Below are positions 36,759-47,984 of a stretch of DNA of 64,000 nt, piece by piece. Position 1 is the first letter of the stretch. Every line of letters starts with the position of its first letter. The translations under genes and the position numbers were made by a program. Origin of the DNA: Podospora anserina (lineage: Eukaryota); contig CM030333.1 of NCBI GenBank assembly GCA_017654855.1, positions 2,852,001 to 2,916,000 of the forward strand, in the 5' to 3' direction. The notes beneath the pieces were generated by a model, which ran no database searches, was not told where the DNA came from, and worked only from the letters and a program-made list of their open reading frames with translations.

Positions 36759-37150
36759 GGTGTGCTTGGGATGTTGAGCCCCAATTGATGATGATCAAGT
36801 GAGATCTAGTTTAGTGGACCGAGAGTGAGGAATGTGAAGTTGTTGATGCTGCATTCAAAAGTTGAGAGATGAAACTTGGGAATATTTATATGGCCTCGGA
36901 ACTATCGAGATTACAAATTCTGTCGAGGATTACAGCGGGTCAAGGTTGATAAGGATTGTACGACAAGTTCCATTGGTAATCCAGGGCCCGGTGCACACCA
37001 TTACAAAGACGTCTCCACGGCACCGCTGCGGCACAGAACTTGTGCTATCACCGCAGTTGGCCGTGGGGACGGAAATAACATTCCAGAGAATGCCCAACTC
37101 CCGAGTCCAAAGCAAACTTTGTTGGGTGCAATCATGTTGCATAATTCAAT

Positions 37151-38235
37151 CTAGATACCCTTCATCTTCTCCCGCATAAACTCCACGGTAGCCTCCCAAG
37201 CCTCCTCGGCCGCCTTGAATCCAGGCACTGCCGTGAAGGCATGGCAAGCACCGGGGTAGATCTTGACGATAGCTTCGCTCCCAGTTATCATCCATTTCAT
37301 AGCCATCAGCAGAGTATCATCCAGCAATGGGTCCTCGGTCCCGCACAGGAACAATGCCGGCGGGAGCTTGCCTCCTGGTGCACCCTTTGCCAAGCCCCTC
37401 ATGTCGCCGTAGATGGGCGATATCTGTGGGTTTCGTCGCGCTTCAATCGTCGTGTTTGGGGCGTAAGCCATTGCGAACCCCAACATCTTTGCGTTGTTGA
37501 CAAGCAGCCGTCGTTCGAAGGTGGTCACCATGGGTAAGTTTTGGGTAACATCAAACCAACCATAAGGAAGGATGAGGCCGGCAATCTTGTGGTTCGGGTG
37601 GGCGCGTAAAAGGTGAAAGGCGGTTGTTGCAGCCAGATTACCTCCAGCCGACTCGCCACTGATGAAGAGGAGCCTGGCACCAAAAATATGTTCACCCTTG
37701 TCTACAAGATATTCGGCAGCGTCGATGCAATCATGGACCTGGGCAGGCCAGGGGTTTTCGGGAGCGAGTCGGTAGTTGACAGAAAGCGCTGTAAGCTGGA
37801 AGGTGTTGGCGTACTCTCTGAGCTTTCCATCTTGGCTGCGCGGTGTTAGTTAAGTGTGGATGGTAGCGAGGAAGTGGAAAAGGCTCACTGTTGGTGTGTG
37901 CCCATTACGAAGCCCCCACCATGGATATGGAGGAAGAGTCCCTTGCTGGGCTGGCCATTATCGGGGGTGTATACGCGTAAGGCGATATCTCGACCTGCAT
38001 CTCGTGATGAGACAACCACGTCCTTCGCCGCCGGGAGGTAAACCGGGGCAGCGAATCCGGTCTTGCCATTTTCACGCATCTCACGGAACTTCACAGGACC
38101 GACTTCTTGCCATGTTGGGCCACTGGAAGTCGCCCTCTCTATGAAGTTGTTAACGCCGATTGTCTCCTCGCTCACATTCTCCAAGGAGAACTTGGAGGCG
38201 TCGATGGTGATATCACTTGTCAGCGGCATGGTCAT
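37151..38235 (-). CDS. Alpha/beta hydrolase, hormone-sensitive-lipase family esterase
   Basis: HIHGGGF oxyanion motif, nucleophile GESAG, GTEDPLLDD and GACHAF; one intron at about 37836-37889. Confidence 0.9.
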
Positions 38236-38521
38236 AGTTGGAGGAAAGTGTGTTGTGTGAATTCCTGAGATATCTATCAACAGCCTTGGGCTTGCCAGTT
38301 AAATACCTGCGCGACGTGAAGGAGGGGTAACGGTAACCGCGATCTCCGAGGCTACTGGCGCTACCCGAATGTGAACCAACAAAGGTGAAGGAATCAATAT
38401 TGCTCTGCGAGTGGAACGACATATTAGGCAGACAACTTGCTTAACCCCGCATCTCGATGTCTTTGGGAAGGAAGGTACTGTTCAGCCAGCCCCACCTAGC
38501 TGCTTCGACACACACTATCAG

Positions 38522-40628
38522 TTACACACTATGGATACCTCGAAAGCTGCTCAACAAACTCCAACTCATGGGGCTCCCCTGACTTTTCTCCTCCGGCTGA
38601 ACCGCCTTTGAGCTGTTGCCGATTCCATTGGCCTTCAACCATTCCGGATCGATATTCTCGAGGCTCAAATGCGGAGCGACGTCTGCACCGTTTTTCGGTC
38701 CCTGTCTGTCCTGCATCGTCCAGCCCATACCCAGGTGTGCCCAGGGGTTCTTGTCCATGTACTGGAACTCAAAGTCCTCATAGCGAGGTTGCTCAATGAC
38801 TTGCTGGTAATGGAGCGAAGATCCGGGCCAGATGGCGTTGACACGGCCAGTTTCGTTGTTCTTGTACCCTGTCGTGTGACGAACTGTCAGTACCGTAACT
38901 AATTGAGTATAGATGTCCAAGAAAACTCACAGCTGCGACATTCATCCGCCCACACGGTGTGTTTCACCCACTCCTGAACATGCTCGTTAAAGCTGTCAGT
39001 GATATCTTGCCTCGGTACCCAGCTGCGAAGGTTCTCATTCTGCGTCTTCTTGATCAGCCTGATCGCGTAGTCTGACACGGAATGCAATGGCGCCATGACG
39101 CTCCCGTTTTGGATAGGCCAAGTTGGTCCGATGAAGGTCATGAAGTTGGGCATGTCGGGTACCGCCAGCCCAAGATAGGATTCGGGAGCAGTTGCCCACT
39201 TGTCCTTCAGGTCAACGCCATTCTTGCCTACAACCGGGAACAGAGGCCGATATGTATTGTCGTAGCCAGTGGCACAGACAACCGTGTCAACCTTGCGCTC
39301 AACGCCATCGGCCCCCACCACACCGTCTTCTGTACAGCTGACCACAGCGGTAAAGTGTACATCGACATTATCTTTCTGGATGGCTTCCATGTAAGGATCA
39401 CCAGGCGTGATCCTTCGGCACCCAAAGCCAAACGTGGGGGTGAAACCCTGCAGCAAACGTTGATCCTTGATAATTTCCCCCATACGCTTGCGGAAAAAGC
39501 CAGACGCCCCCTTCTGCGCCATGGAACCACTGTAGAAAGCGCCCCAGGTGCCATTCACTTCGCTCTCGATAGCCTTGGCATGGGAAACAAGATGGCCGGG
39601 GTTCCGTCTGAACTCGTCACGCTCCTGCTGCGTGTAGATCTTGGATGGCGTGCCCGAGTTGCCGGCCAGGACTCCAAACCAGATACCCGTCCGGACAAAA
39701 ACGTCGAGGTGCTTTGTGTAAGGCTGCATCCCAGGAACTGTTTGAACCGATGATGCGCCGGAGCCGATGACAGCAACGCGTTCATTTGCCCATTTGTCCT
39801 GCTGGTAGTCCTCGGGCCACTGTGCGGTGTGGACTACTCGTCCTTTGAATGTCTCTGTCAGACCGGGGACATCGGGCCACTGCATTCCTACTTGGTTAAT
39901 TTCCTCTCTAACCCGACGTAACAAAGATGGAGCCGTCTTACCTTTGGAGTGCTCAAGACACCTGTCGCATGCAACAACACATGGCAATGATCCTCAAACT
40001 CACGAGGTTCTTGCCCTGGTATTTGCTGCCGTAGCTTGACGGTCCAGATTCCCTCCTCCTCACGCCAGTAGCAGCCTATGACCTCGGTGTGAAAGGACAT
40101 GTATTTACGGAGATCAAAAGTCTTGCAGACCGTGTCGAGATATTTCCACAAATCATCGGAAAAGGCAAAATATCGCGGCCAGTCCGGGTACTATAAGCAG
40201 GCACCCACGTTGTCAGTTTCAAGCAAGACGGGCTTGGAAGCAAGGACCCTCTCACCAATGCAAATTGGTACGTATACGCATGACTTGGAACATCACAGCC
40301 GGCACGTGGGTACTTGTTGGTGAGCCATGTTCCTGGACATCGGTTAGTTCCGAGGCCGGATAGGGTAGAGAAGCTGAGTCTGACCTCCAATGTCTCGGTT
40401 CTTCTCATAGATGACATGTTCCACGTTCTGGCAGTCTTTCCGGATACGATATGCCATCAAAATACCAGAAATACCGGCGCCAATAGTCAAGACTCGCAGT
40501 TTCCGGTTCTGAGGGTCGTTCCATGTCAGGTGTTGGGGGATGTTGTACACCGGCGCCTCTGCTGCTGGCGCTGGCGAGTGGTTCGGCTGTTGACCCTCGG
40601 GGGTTTCTTCTTTCAGGTAAGGGGCCAT
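38522..40628 (-). CDS. stcW: Baeyer-Villiger flavin monooxygenase StcW/MoxY (hydroxyversicolorone monooxygenase)
   Basis: [32 protein letters not shown] fingerprint [32 protein letters not shown]; four introns; cluster context. Confidence 0.88.
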
Positions 40629-40783
40629 CGAAAAGTCTCTTGACGAATCTGTACAAGGGCATTGTTGCGTTCATCTTGGGCCGGCAAGCTGCTTTGTTAA
40701 CATTTTGAGATCCTGCCTTCTCGCCCTTGCTAACGGAAAGCGGGCCAGCCCGTGTCGGCCCACGGGCAAAGTTCAGCTATCAG

Positions 40784-40794
40784 CCGGTCACCGA
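40784..40794 (-). promoter_or_regulatory. AflR-type site TCGGTGACCGG in the divergent stcW/stcV promoter
   Basis: Reverse strand fits TCGSWNNSCGR; a second looser box TCGGCCCACGG lies at 40755-40765. Confidence 0.65.
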
Positions 40795-40978
40795 ACCTTC
40801 GGCTGCATCTTGGTGTGGTCACACAAAGATGGCAACACCGCGCCTCCGCTTCGGCTGACATAAGGTAGCTGGCGCATTCAACAAGAGGGGCTTTGCAACA
40901 AGGGATTCTCATGCCCACTATTCACTTCACAACACATCTAACCGCTACCTTACTCGTTCAACATCGCAGTCAGCAACC

Positions 40979-42259
40979 ATGGCCGTGCCCCCAGCTCCCA
41001 AGCCCCCCAGCCTCCTAGGCTACCACCGCATCCTCTCCCCCTTGGCCGGCGTCCGCGTCTCCCCGCTTTGCCTGGGCACCATGAGCTTTGGCGAAGCGTG
41101 GAAAGGCCGTCTGGGCGAGTGCACCAAGGACACAGCCTTTGAGATCCTCGATTGCTTCTACAACGCCGGCGGCAACTTTATCGACACGGCCAACTTTTAC
41201 CAGGATGAGGACAGCGAGAAGTGGCTCGGCGAGTGGATCGAGGCTCGCCAGAACCGCGACGAGCTCGTCATCGCCACAAAGTATACCATGCCCTACCGCC
41301 TTCGCGGCCATGAGAAGATCAAGTCCAACTTCCAGGGCAACCAGGTCAAGAGCATGCGACTGTCTCTGGAGGCGAGCTTGAAGAAGCTCAAGACTGACTA
41401 CGTCGACGTGCTGCTGGTGCATATATGGGATTACACCACCAGCGTCGAGGAGATGATGCAGGGGCTGCATCACCTTGTTTCGAGCGGCAAGGTGTTTTAT
41501 CTCGGAATCAGTGGCGCTCCAGCGTGGGTTGTGGTCAAGTGCAACGAATGTAGGTCCTCCTTTCTCTGACACAAAGGTCTACGCCCAGCTTCGAGCTAAA
41601 CAAGATGGAAAAGATGCCCGCCACCACGGCTTGACAAGGTTCAGTGTCTACCAAGGCCATTGGTCCTGCAGCTTCCGCGATATGGAGCGCGAGATCATCC
41701 CCATGTGCGAGTCCGAAGGTCTCGGCATCATGCCATGGGGTGTTCTCGGTCGCGGGCAGTTCAGGTCATCCGAGGACTACGCTCGCGAGGGCCGCAAGAT
41801 GGGCCCCCAGGACGAGACGCATCGCCGCATGACTGCGAAGCTGAGCGAGCTTGCTGAGAGAAAGAACACGGTTCCGACTAGCATTGCCCTCGCTTACGTG
41901 ATGCACAAGGTGCCCTACGTTTTCCCCGTCCTTGGTGGTCGGAAGGTCGAGCATCTCAAGAGCAACATTGAGGCCCTCAGCATCGAGCTGACCGCCGAGG
42001 AAATCCAAGAAATTGATAACTCTGAGCCGTTTGATCCTGGCTATCCTCTGAACTTTTTGTTCGAGACCCCAGCGCAGAGATACCGGTTGGATATGTCTGC
42101 GAGGCATATTTGGCAGTTGACATGCAACACCAGGTTGGAGACAGTTCCAAAGCCAAGAGTGAGTTATTCATGCCGTTTCTCAACCGACTAAAGAGAAGTT
42201 ACTGACTGTTGATATAGCCCATTGAACCTAAGCAGGGGATGAAACAGTTTGATTTGTAG
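40979..42259 (+). CDS. stcV: Aldo-keto reductase / aryl-alcohol dehydrogenase StcV (NorA/NorB-like)
   Basis: YHRILSPLAGVRVSPLCLGTMSFG, GGNFIDTANFY, IATKY, LVHIWD; introns at about 41550-41613 and 42159-42217; cluster context. Confidence 0.88.
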
Positions 42260-42638
42260 ACTTGGATTGGGAAACGTGGACAGGATGGAGCACAGATCCT
42301 AGATACTTCGATGATTGAAAACGCAATATGGTATTCCTTCCCAGCTGAACGCAAACTAGGTACGAGCAGTGTGACGTCCACTCAAAGCCGTGTGGTGGCA
42401 ATTGTGACATGAGTAAATTCATGAACATGTTCCATGTCCAGACCGTCTATAGAAATAATAGGCTTGCATCCACGATGGGCCTGACAACAAAAGTCGATTG
42501 CAAGCGAGATCCTGATGTCGGCGGACACTCCCCGATAAATTGCCTGATGCAGAATCATATCGCCGTCCTGTGGTCGGCTTTGGCTCTGAAGCACCCCGAG
42601 CGGTTTCTTGAGCCAGTGAACTCTCGAAAGCCCCGTCG

Positions 42639-42649
42639 TCGTGAATCGG
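42639..42649 (+). promoter_or_regulatory. Possible AflR-type site TCGTGAATCGG upstream of stcU
   Basis: Fits TCG(N5)CGR about 180 bp before the ATG but not the stricter SWNNS spacer. Confidence 0.4.
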
Positions 42650-42830
42650 CCCGGTCACCAAGGCACACAGGTTCCCGGCACCGGTGCCCGAGGATGTACG
42701 CTGTGGGTCGTAACTCAGGCAAGGCTATAACTCTCTGACTTCTTCTAATCAACTTGCCTGGTACACTCACCTATCACTTTACTCATCACTCTATCTGCCA
42801 CTCTATATTTCCCACCACATCCACGCCACA

Positions 42831-43827
42831 ATGACGGAAACCACCCCAACCACCACCCCCTCCTCCCCACCATCATCACCAAAAGACCCCTTCCGCCTCG
42901 ACGGCAAAGTAGCCCTAGTAACCGGCTCCGGCCGCGGCATAGGCGCAGGAATAGCCCTCGCCCTCGCCCACCGCGGCGCAAAGCTCATCATCAACTACGC
43001 GCACTCATCCGCGCCAGCCGAAGCCCTCGTCTCCGAAATCAAAGCCCTCGGCCCCGGCTCCGACGCCATCGCCATCAAAGCCGACGTCTCTGACGTGGAC
43101 CAAATCACGGCGCTCATGTCCCAGGCCGTCGCCCATTTTGGCAAGCTCGACATCGTCGCCTCCAACAGCGGTGTTGTGTCCTTTGGTCATTTGAAGGATG
43201 TCACCCCTGAGGAGTTTGACAGGGTTTTTGGCGTGAACACGAGGGGGCAGTTTTTTGTTGCGAGGGAGGCGTATAGACATTTGGAGGTGGGGGGACGGAT
43301 TATAATGACTAGCTCGAATACGGCGAGTGTGAAGGGGGTGCCGAAGCATGCTGTTTATAGTGGTTCTAAGGGGGCGGTGGAGACTTTTGTGAGGTGTTTG
43401 GTATGTTTTTCTTTTTTTTTTTTTCTAAATTCACAATTCACGGACAAGGATGGGGAAAAGATGATGTTAACAACTGGGTCTGTCAAGGCCATCGACTGCG
43501 GAGACAAAAAGATCACCGTCAATGCTGTCGCGCCTGGGGCGATCAAGACGGACATGTATGCTGCTGTGGCTCGCGAGTACATCCCTGGTGGGGAGAACTT
43601 TACCGACGAGCAGGTTGATGAGGTATGATATTCCTTTCGCTCTCTGTAACTTGAGTTGTACTAATCCCATTTCTTCTCTCTCAAAACAGTGTGCAGCTTG
43701 GCTATCGCCCCTTCAGCGGGTGGGACTGCCTGACGATGTTGCCCGCGCGGTGTGCTTTCTAGCCTCGGACGCTGCCGAATGGGTCAATGGCAAGATCATC
43801 GGCATTGATGGTGGTGCGTTTAGGTAA
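42831..43827 (+). CDS. stcU: Versicolorin reductase StcU/Ver-1 (SDR)
   Basis: [73 protein letters not shown]; introns 43401-43487 and about 43623-43689. Confidence 0.93.
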
Positions 43828-43881
43828 CCGAGTCGATTGTTGGTCGGGGATTCAGAGATTAGTAAGGGTGCTGCGCGCATT

Positions 43882-43892
43882 TCGGTCACCGA
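43882..43892. promoter_or_regulatory. AflR-type palindrome TCGGTCACCGA located 3' of both stcU and stcT
   Basis: Exact TCG(N5)CGA, extended palindrome TTCGGT-C-ACCGAA. Confidence 0.5.
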
Positions 43893-44251
43893 AGGGTGGT
43901 GTGATCCCCGAGTAGCAGGATCACACCAAGCTTGAACACCATTCGTGCCCGCATTTTTAATGTGTTCTCCCTTTTACTTTCAGAATGGGAACTTTGTTAT
44001 GTTGCATTTCTGCGCCTATATGCTCGAAATATCCAAGAAATCGGTTACAATGACATACGTACATAGCGGCACCAGATTATGACCCAATTGTGCCCCAAAC
44101 CCGTCGTTGGACAAGACTATTCACAAAGGGGCTTGATCATTATAGATAATCAGTCCTACCAAAAGCAGGCGACGCAATACTTTGCCATTTATCTCCACAC
44201 GGTGATGATGTCACAAAGCCACCTTAAACCCCCTAAAGCACCCCTGAACCC

Positions 44252-45049
44252 CTATTCACCCCTCTTCCCAGGAGGAACATTCGCCATAGCCTCCTCCGCC
44301 AACACCGGCCTCCCCGCCACATCAGAAAAAATTGGCTGCTCATAAACATGTAAAAACCACTTCGTACACGCCGGGTGTGCACCCCGCCACTCCCCGTCCA
44401 AAAAGAACCTAAATGCCCCAGCAATAATCCCCGCGACAAACAGATCAGCAAGGGAGAGTGTTTCCCCAACGAGATAAGAAGTCGTCTTCGCAGCGAGGTG
44501 GTCCTCGATGATCTGAAGCCTCTTGAGTGTTGCTTGCCTGTTGAGCTCGACTTCTTCCTGCACAAAGGGTGAGCGACCGATCAAGGGGTTGAACCACCCG
44601 CCGAGGGAGGGGAGGATCTCTGAGTTGGCGAAGGACATCCAGCGGAGGATGCTGGCGTGGTTTTCGGTGTTGCCGGAGCCGAGGAGGGGGGTGGTTTTGT
44701 CTTGGGATGTGACTGCATATGAGGGTTAGTAACGCGAGAGAGAGAGAAGATAGATTGGGTGAGAGAATGTACTGTAGATGGCAATTGCTATGCACTCGGA
44801 CAGGATGAAACCGTTTGCGCCGACGAATGTGGGGATTTTGCCGAGGGGGTTCAGCTTTAGGTATTCTTCTGGCGCCTGTTGGGATGAGGTGATTGTCACG
44901 AGGTCCAGTGGGAGGTTGGAAGCTTTGGCAACTGCCAGGATGGCTGTTGAACGGGGGTTGAACTGTGGTCTGTGTCAGCGTTGTGGTTTGAAGGTATTGC
45001 AAGAGATGAACCATCATACAGGGCGCGTGTACAGGATACCGAAGGCCAT
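44252..45049 (-). CDS. stcT: GST / EF-1-gamma-like protein StcT
   Basis: MAFGILYTRP|FNPRSTAILAVAK..EEYLKLNPLGKIPTFVG..WMSFANSE..YLVGETLSLADLF; two introns; cluster context. Confidence 0.88.
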
Positions 45050-45239
45050 GATGGAGAAGTGTGGTTGGAAATGCTAGCAAGTCAGGTGCTGGCAAGAGCG
45101 CTTCCAGGGTGAATGGCTTAGCTGCGGAGGATGCCTAAGCAAGACTTGATATCAAGTATGAGATTGATAGCTAAGCTAGGTAGCCTGGGCACATTCTTGT
45201 TCCTATATCTATTGGTAGATGCAGTGGTCCCCGATTGGA

Positions 45240-45632
45240 TCAGATGCCGACTGTCTCGTTCCGACATCCCATAACCACGGCCCTCAAGCTCTCCCGGTCC
45301 GTGAATATATCCTCATCCTCAGCAACCTCCGGCAGCGACATAATGGGTACGAAATCTCTAAATGCCTCTTCGCTCGCAAAGTTTATAATGGCAAAGCCAT
45401 CAAAGTTGATATTTTCGGGATTTCCGACCAACATGTTCAAGGGGTACGTAGGGCTCGCCGAATCCCGAGCAAGATAGTGACGGGTGTGAGACAAGGGGAA
45501 TCGGGGGCCGGCGAGAGACTGGAGCAGAGGGACATGAACATTTTCCCAGTGGTCCTTGAACTGCTCGGGTGATATGTCTGACTTGCGGGTAACGAAGATG
45601 ATGATTGTATATGGCTTCGAGCTGGAAGACAT
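45240..45632 (-). CDS. hypE: EthD-domain protein, HypE/AflMa-like
   Basis: IFVTRKSDISPEQFKDHWENVHVPLL..FPLSHTRHY..FDGFA..DEDIFTD pattern, 130 aa, inside the ST cluster; orthology is inferred. Confidence 0.7.
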   Translation of the reverse strand: MSSSSKPYTIIIFVTRKSDISPEQFKDHWENVHVPLLQSLAGPRFPLSHTRHYLARDSASPTYPLNMLVGNPENINFDGFAIINFASEEAFRDFVPIMSLPEVAEDEDIFTDRESLRAVVMGCRNETVGI

Positions 45633-45752
45633 GGCGGCGGCTGTGGAAAGCGACGAGGGCTCAAGGACCTGATGCGGAGATAAAAATTGGTTGAAGAAAA
45701 AACGCAGTCTCCTTGGTTTTGTCCCGAAGTCTCGGTAAGTGCCTGCACGTCT

Positions 45753-45763
45753 TCGGAAGCCGA
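45753..45763. promoter_or_regulatory. AflR-type site TCGGAAGCCGA in the divergent hypE/stcS promoter
   Basis: Exact TCG(N5)CGA that also fits TCGSWNNSCGR. Confidence 0.75.
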
Positions 45764-45953
45764 CCTGCGCCACATGCGCACAGCAGTCGGACTTTGAACC
45801 GAAAGGTAGCCACCCTGTACCACCCAGAGATTACATTTGTTCTACCTAGGGTGAAACGTCTAGATCGCGAGGGCATTACTTTTCACGTTAGGCTGGGAGA
45901 TCTTCTCTGATTTGTCCGGTGAAACGACCATCCCACAAACAATAGTAATCACG

Positions 45954-47730
45954 ATGTATGCATCACAGGTTTTTGTGCTTGGTGCCATAAGTGCCCTACT
46001 CCTCTTCGTAACGAGATTCTATGCCGCTCGCAAGCAAGTATGGAAGCTGAAGAGCGCCAATCTCGTGAGTTCTGGCCTGACACCACGCCCTGCCCAGTAA
46101 GCTAATCTGTTTTGGCAGCCAATGCCAGAGTTCAATCTCACGTCTGGTCACTTCCTGGCTTTGAAGGAGACTGTCAAGACTCTTCCGAAAAACGCAACCC
46201 TGCACACGGTCATGATGCAACTGTCAAAGAAGTTTCCCTCCGGAATGTTCTACATCAACATGTGGCCTTTTAGCGGCACGTGGCTTGTGGTGACGACGCC
46301 CTTGGGAGCTTCACAATGTCAAACTCTGAATCTTATCAAGCCATCGATTCTCACAAAACCACTGGAAACCATCGGCGGTGGGCCAAGTCTGATCACCATG
46401 AATGGAGAGACGCATAAGAAATGGCGTAGTCTATTCAACCCAGGATTTAGCCCCAGCTATCTCGTGGGGCTGGCTCCGATGATTGCGGATGAAGTGGCTG
46501 TATTTTGCCGTCTGTTGAGGGAACAGGCTGGGAACAAGAACGCGGAGGTGCTAAAGTTGGAAGATCTGACATTACGCCTAACAGTTGACACGATTGGAGC
46601 CGTTGCTCTGTGAGTCTAGCAAAGGTTATTACCACAGAGTCGAATGTCTGCTAATGGCCATGCGTGCCCCCTGCAGAGACACAAGGCTACACCATCAGAC
46701 AAAGGATAGCCAACTTGCTCTGGCACTTCAGCGGCAAATCGAATGGACATCATTCGGGACCACCTTTAACCCATTCAAACGCTACCTCACCATCCGCCCC
46801 TTGGTGCTGTGGTACAACAACCGCATCATGGATCGGCTCATTGGCCAGGAAATCGACAAGAGATACACTGAGCATCTGCAGGATCAAGGCTCAGGTGAAA
46901 GGCGCTCCAAATCCGTCATGTCGCTCGTGCTGGCTCAGTTCCTAGAAGAAGCCCAAGTCAAAGGCGCCCCGCCCCCTCTATCCGAGTTCAAGAAACTAGT
47001 TGCGCCCCAACTGCGCGGATTCCTGTTTGCTGGCCGAGACACGACGAGTAGCACCCTTCTCTATTGTTTTCACCTCTTGGCTACGCATCCCGAAGCGCTC
47101 AAAAGACTCCGCAGCGAGCATGGTGAAGTCTTTGGCGACAGGCTGGACGCGTCAAAAGCCCACCAGGCCATTGTAAAGGAACCTCAACGGCTCAACCAAC
47201 TGCCGTACACGACAGCGGTGATTAAGGAAGCGCTTCGGCTGTTTCCTCCCTCTGCGTCTCTACGCGAAGGCCGCGCTGGAGTCGATCTTGTGGATGAGAA
47301 AGGAAGGCGGTATCCCACCGAGGGATGCAATGTGTGGACGCTGACAGTGGCGCTGCATCACAATGCCGTTTATTGGAAGCAGGCCGAGTCGTTTGTGCCA
47401 GAGCGGTGGTTGGTGGGACCCGAGGATCCCATGTACCCCGTCAAGGGGGCGTGGAGGGCATTTGAGCTTGGTTCTAGGGCTTGCATTGGGCAGACGTTGG
47501 CGCTCATGGAACTTCGAGTTGCGCTGGTGATGACACTCTCCGAGTTTGATATCACTCCGGCGTACGAGGATTGGGATAGGATGCATCCGAGGTCGGATGT
47601 CAAGGTGGTGAATGGAAATAGGGCTTATCAGGCAGAGAAGGGTGGTGGTGGTGCGCATCCTGCTGATGGATTTCCTTGTCGGGTTACGCTTCGCGACATG
47701 GATGGTAGAGAGGGTGACGTTCAGGGTTAA
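45954..47730 (+). CDS. stcS: Cytochrome P450 StcS/VerA (AflN)
   Basis: [19 protein letters not shown], heme [14 protein letters not shown]-terminal GAHPADGFP; introns at about 46045-46098 and 46610-46676. Confidence 0.88.
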
Positions 47731-47984
47731 CGTACCATTCTTCAGCTTTCCCATGTCAAAACTCCATATATTCAGAAATACTAAATCATCTTTCTTATTC
47801 CCTCTCACTTGGAACGAACGGGTGACAAATGCCCATGACTGTGTTTATTTCTTAGCATGACCTACTGCCCCTGAGCTGCCCCTGGCTAACCCCTAGCTAA
47901 CCCCTGAATCCAGGATCCACTATCCACAAGATCACCAGCCTCCTCAAACAAAACCGGTCGACGCATTACACAGGCACCATCACC

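Noticed and set aside
37151..38235. Naming the esterase stcI/estA
   Set aside because: Its position and N-terminus do not match what I recall of StcI; left unnamed pending alignment.
43401..43487. Stop-free 87-nt in-frame intron in stcU and AAG acceptors in several stc genes
   Set aside because: It is an ordinary T-rich GT..AG intron, and AAG acceptors also occur in PGS1, so the pattern is not cluster-specific.
45240..45632. Naming the EthD gene stcR
   Set aside because: To my knowledge StcR corresponds to AflY/HypA, a larger unrelated protein; this gene fits HypE.
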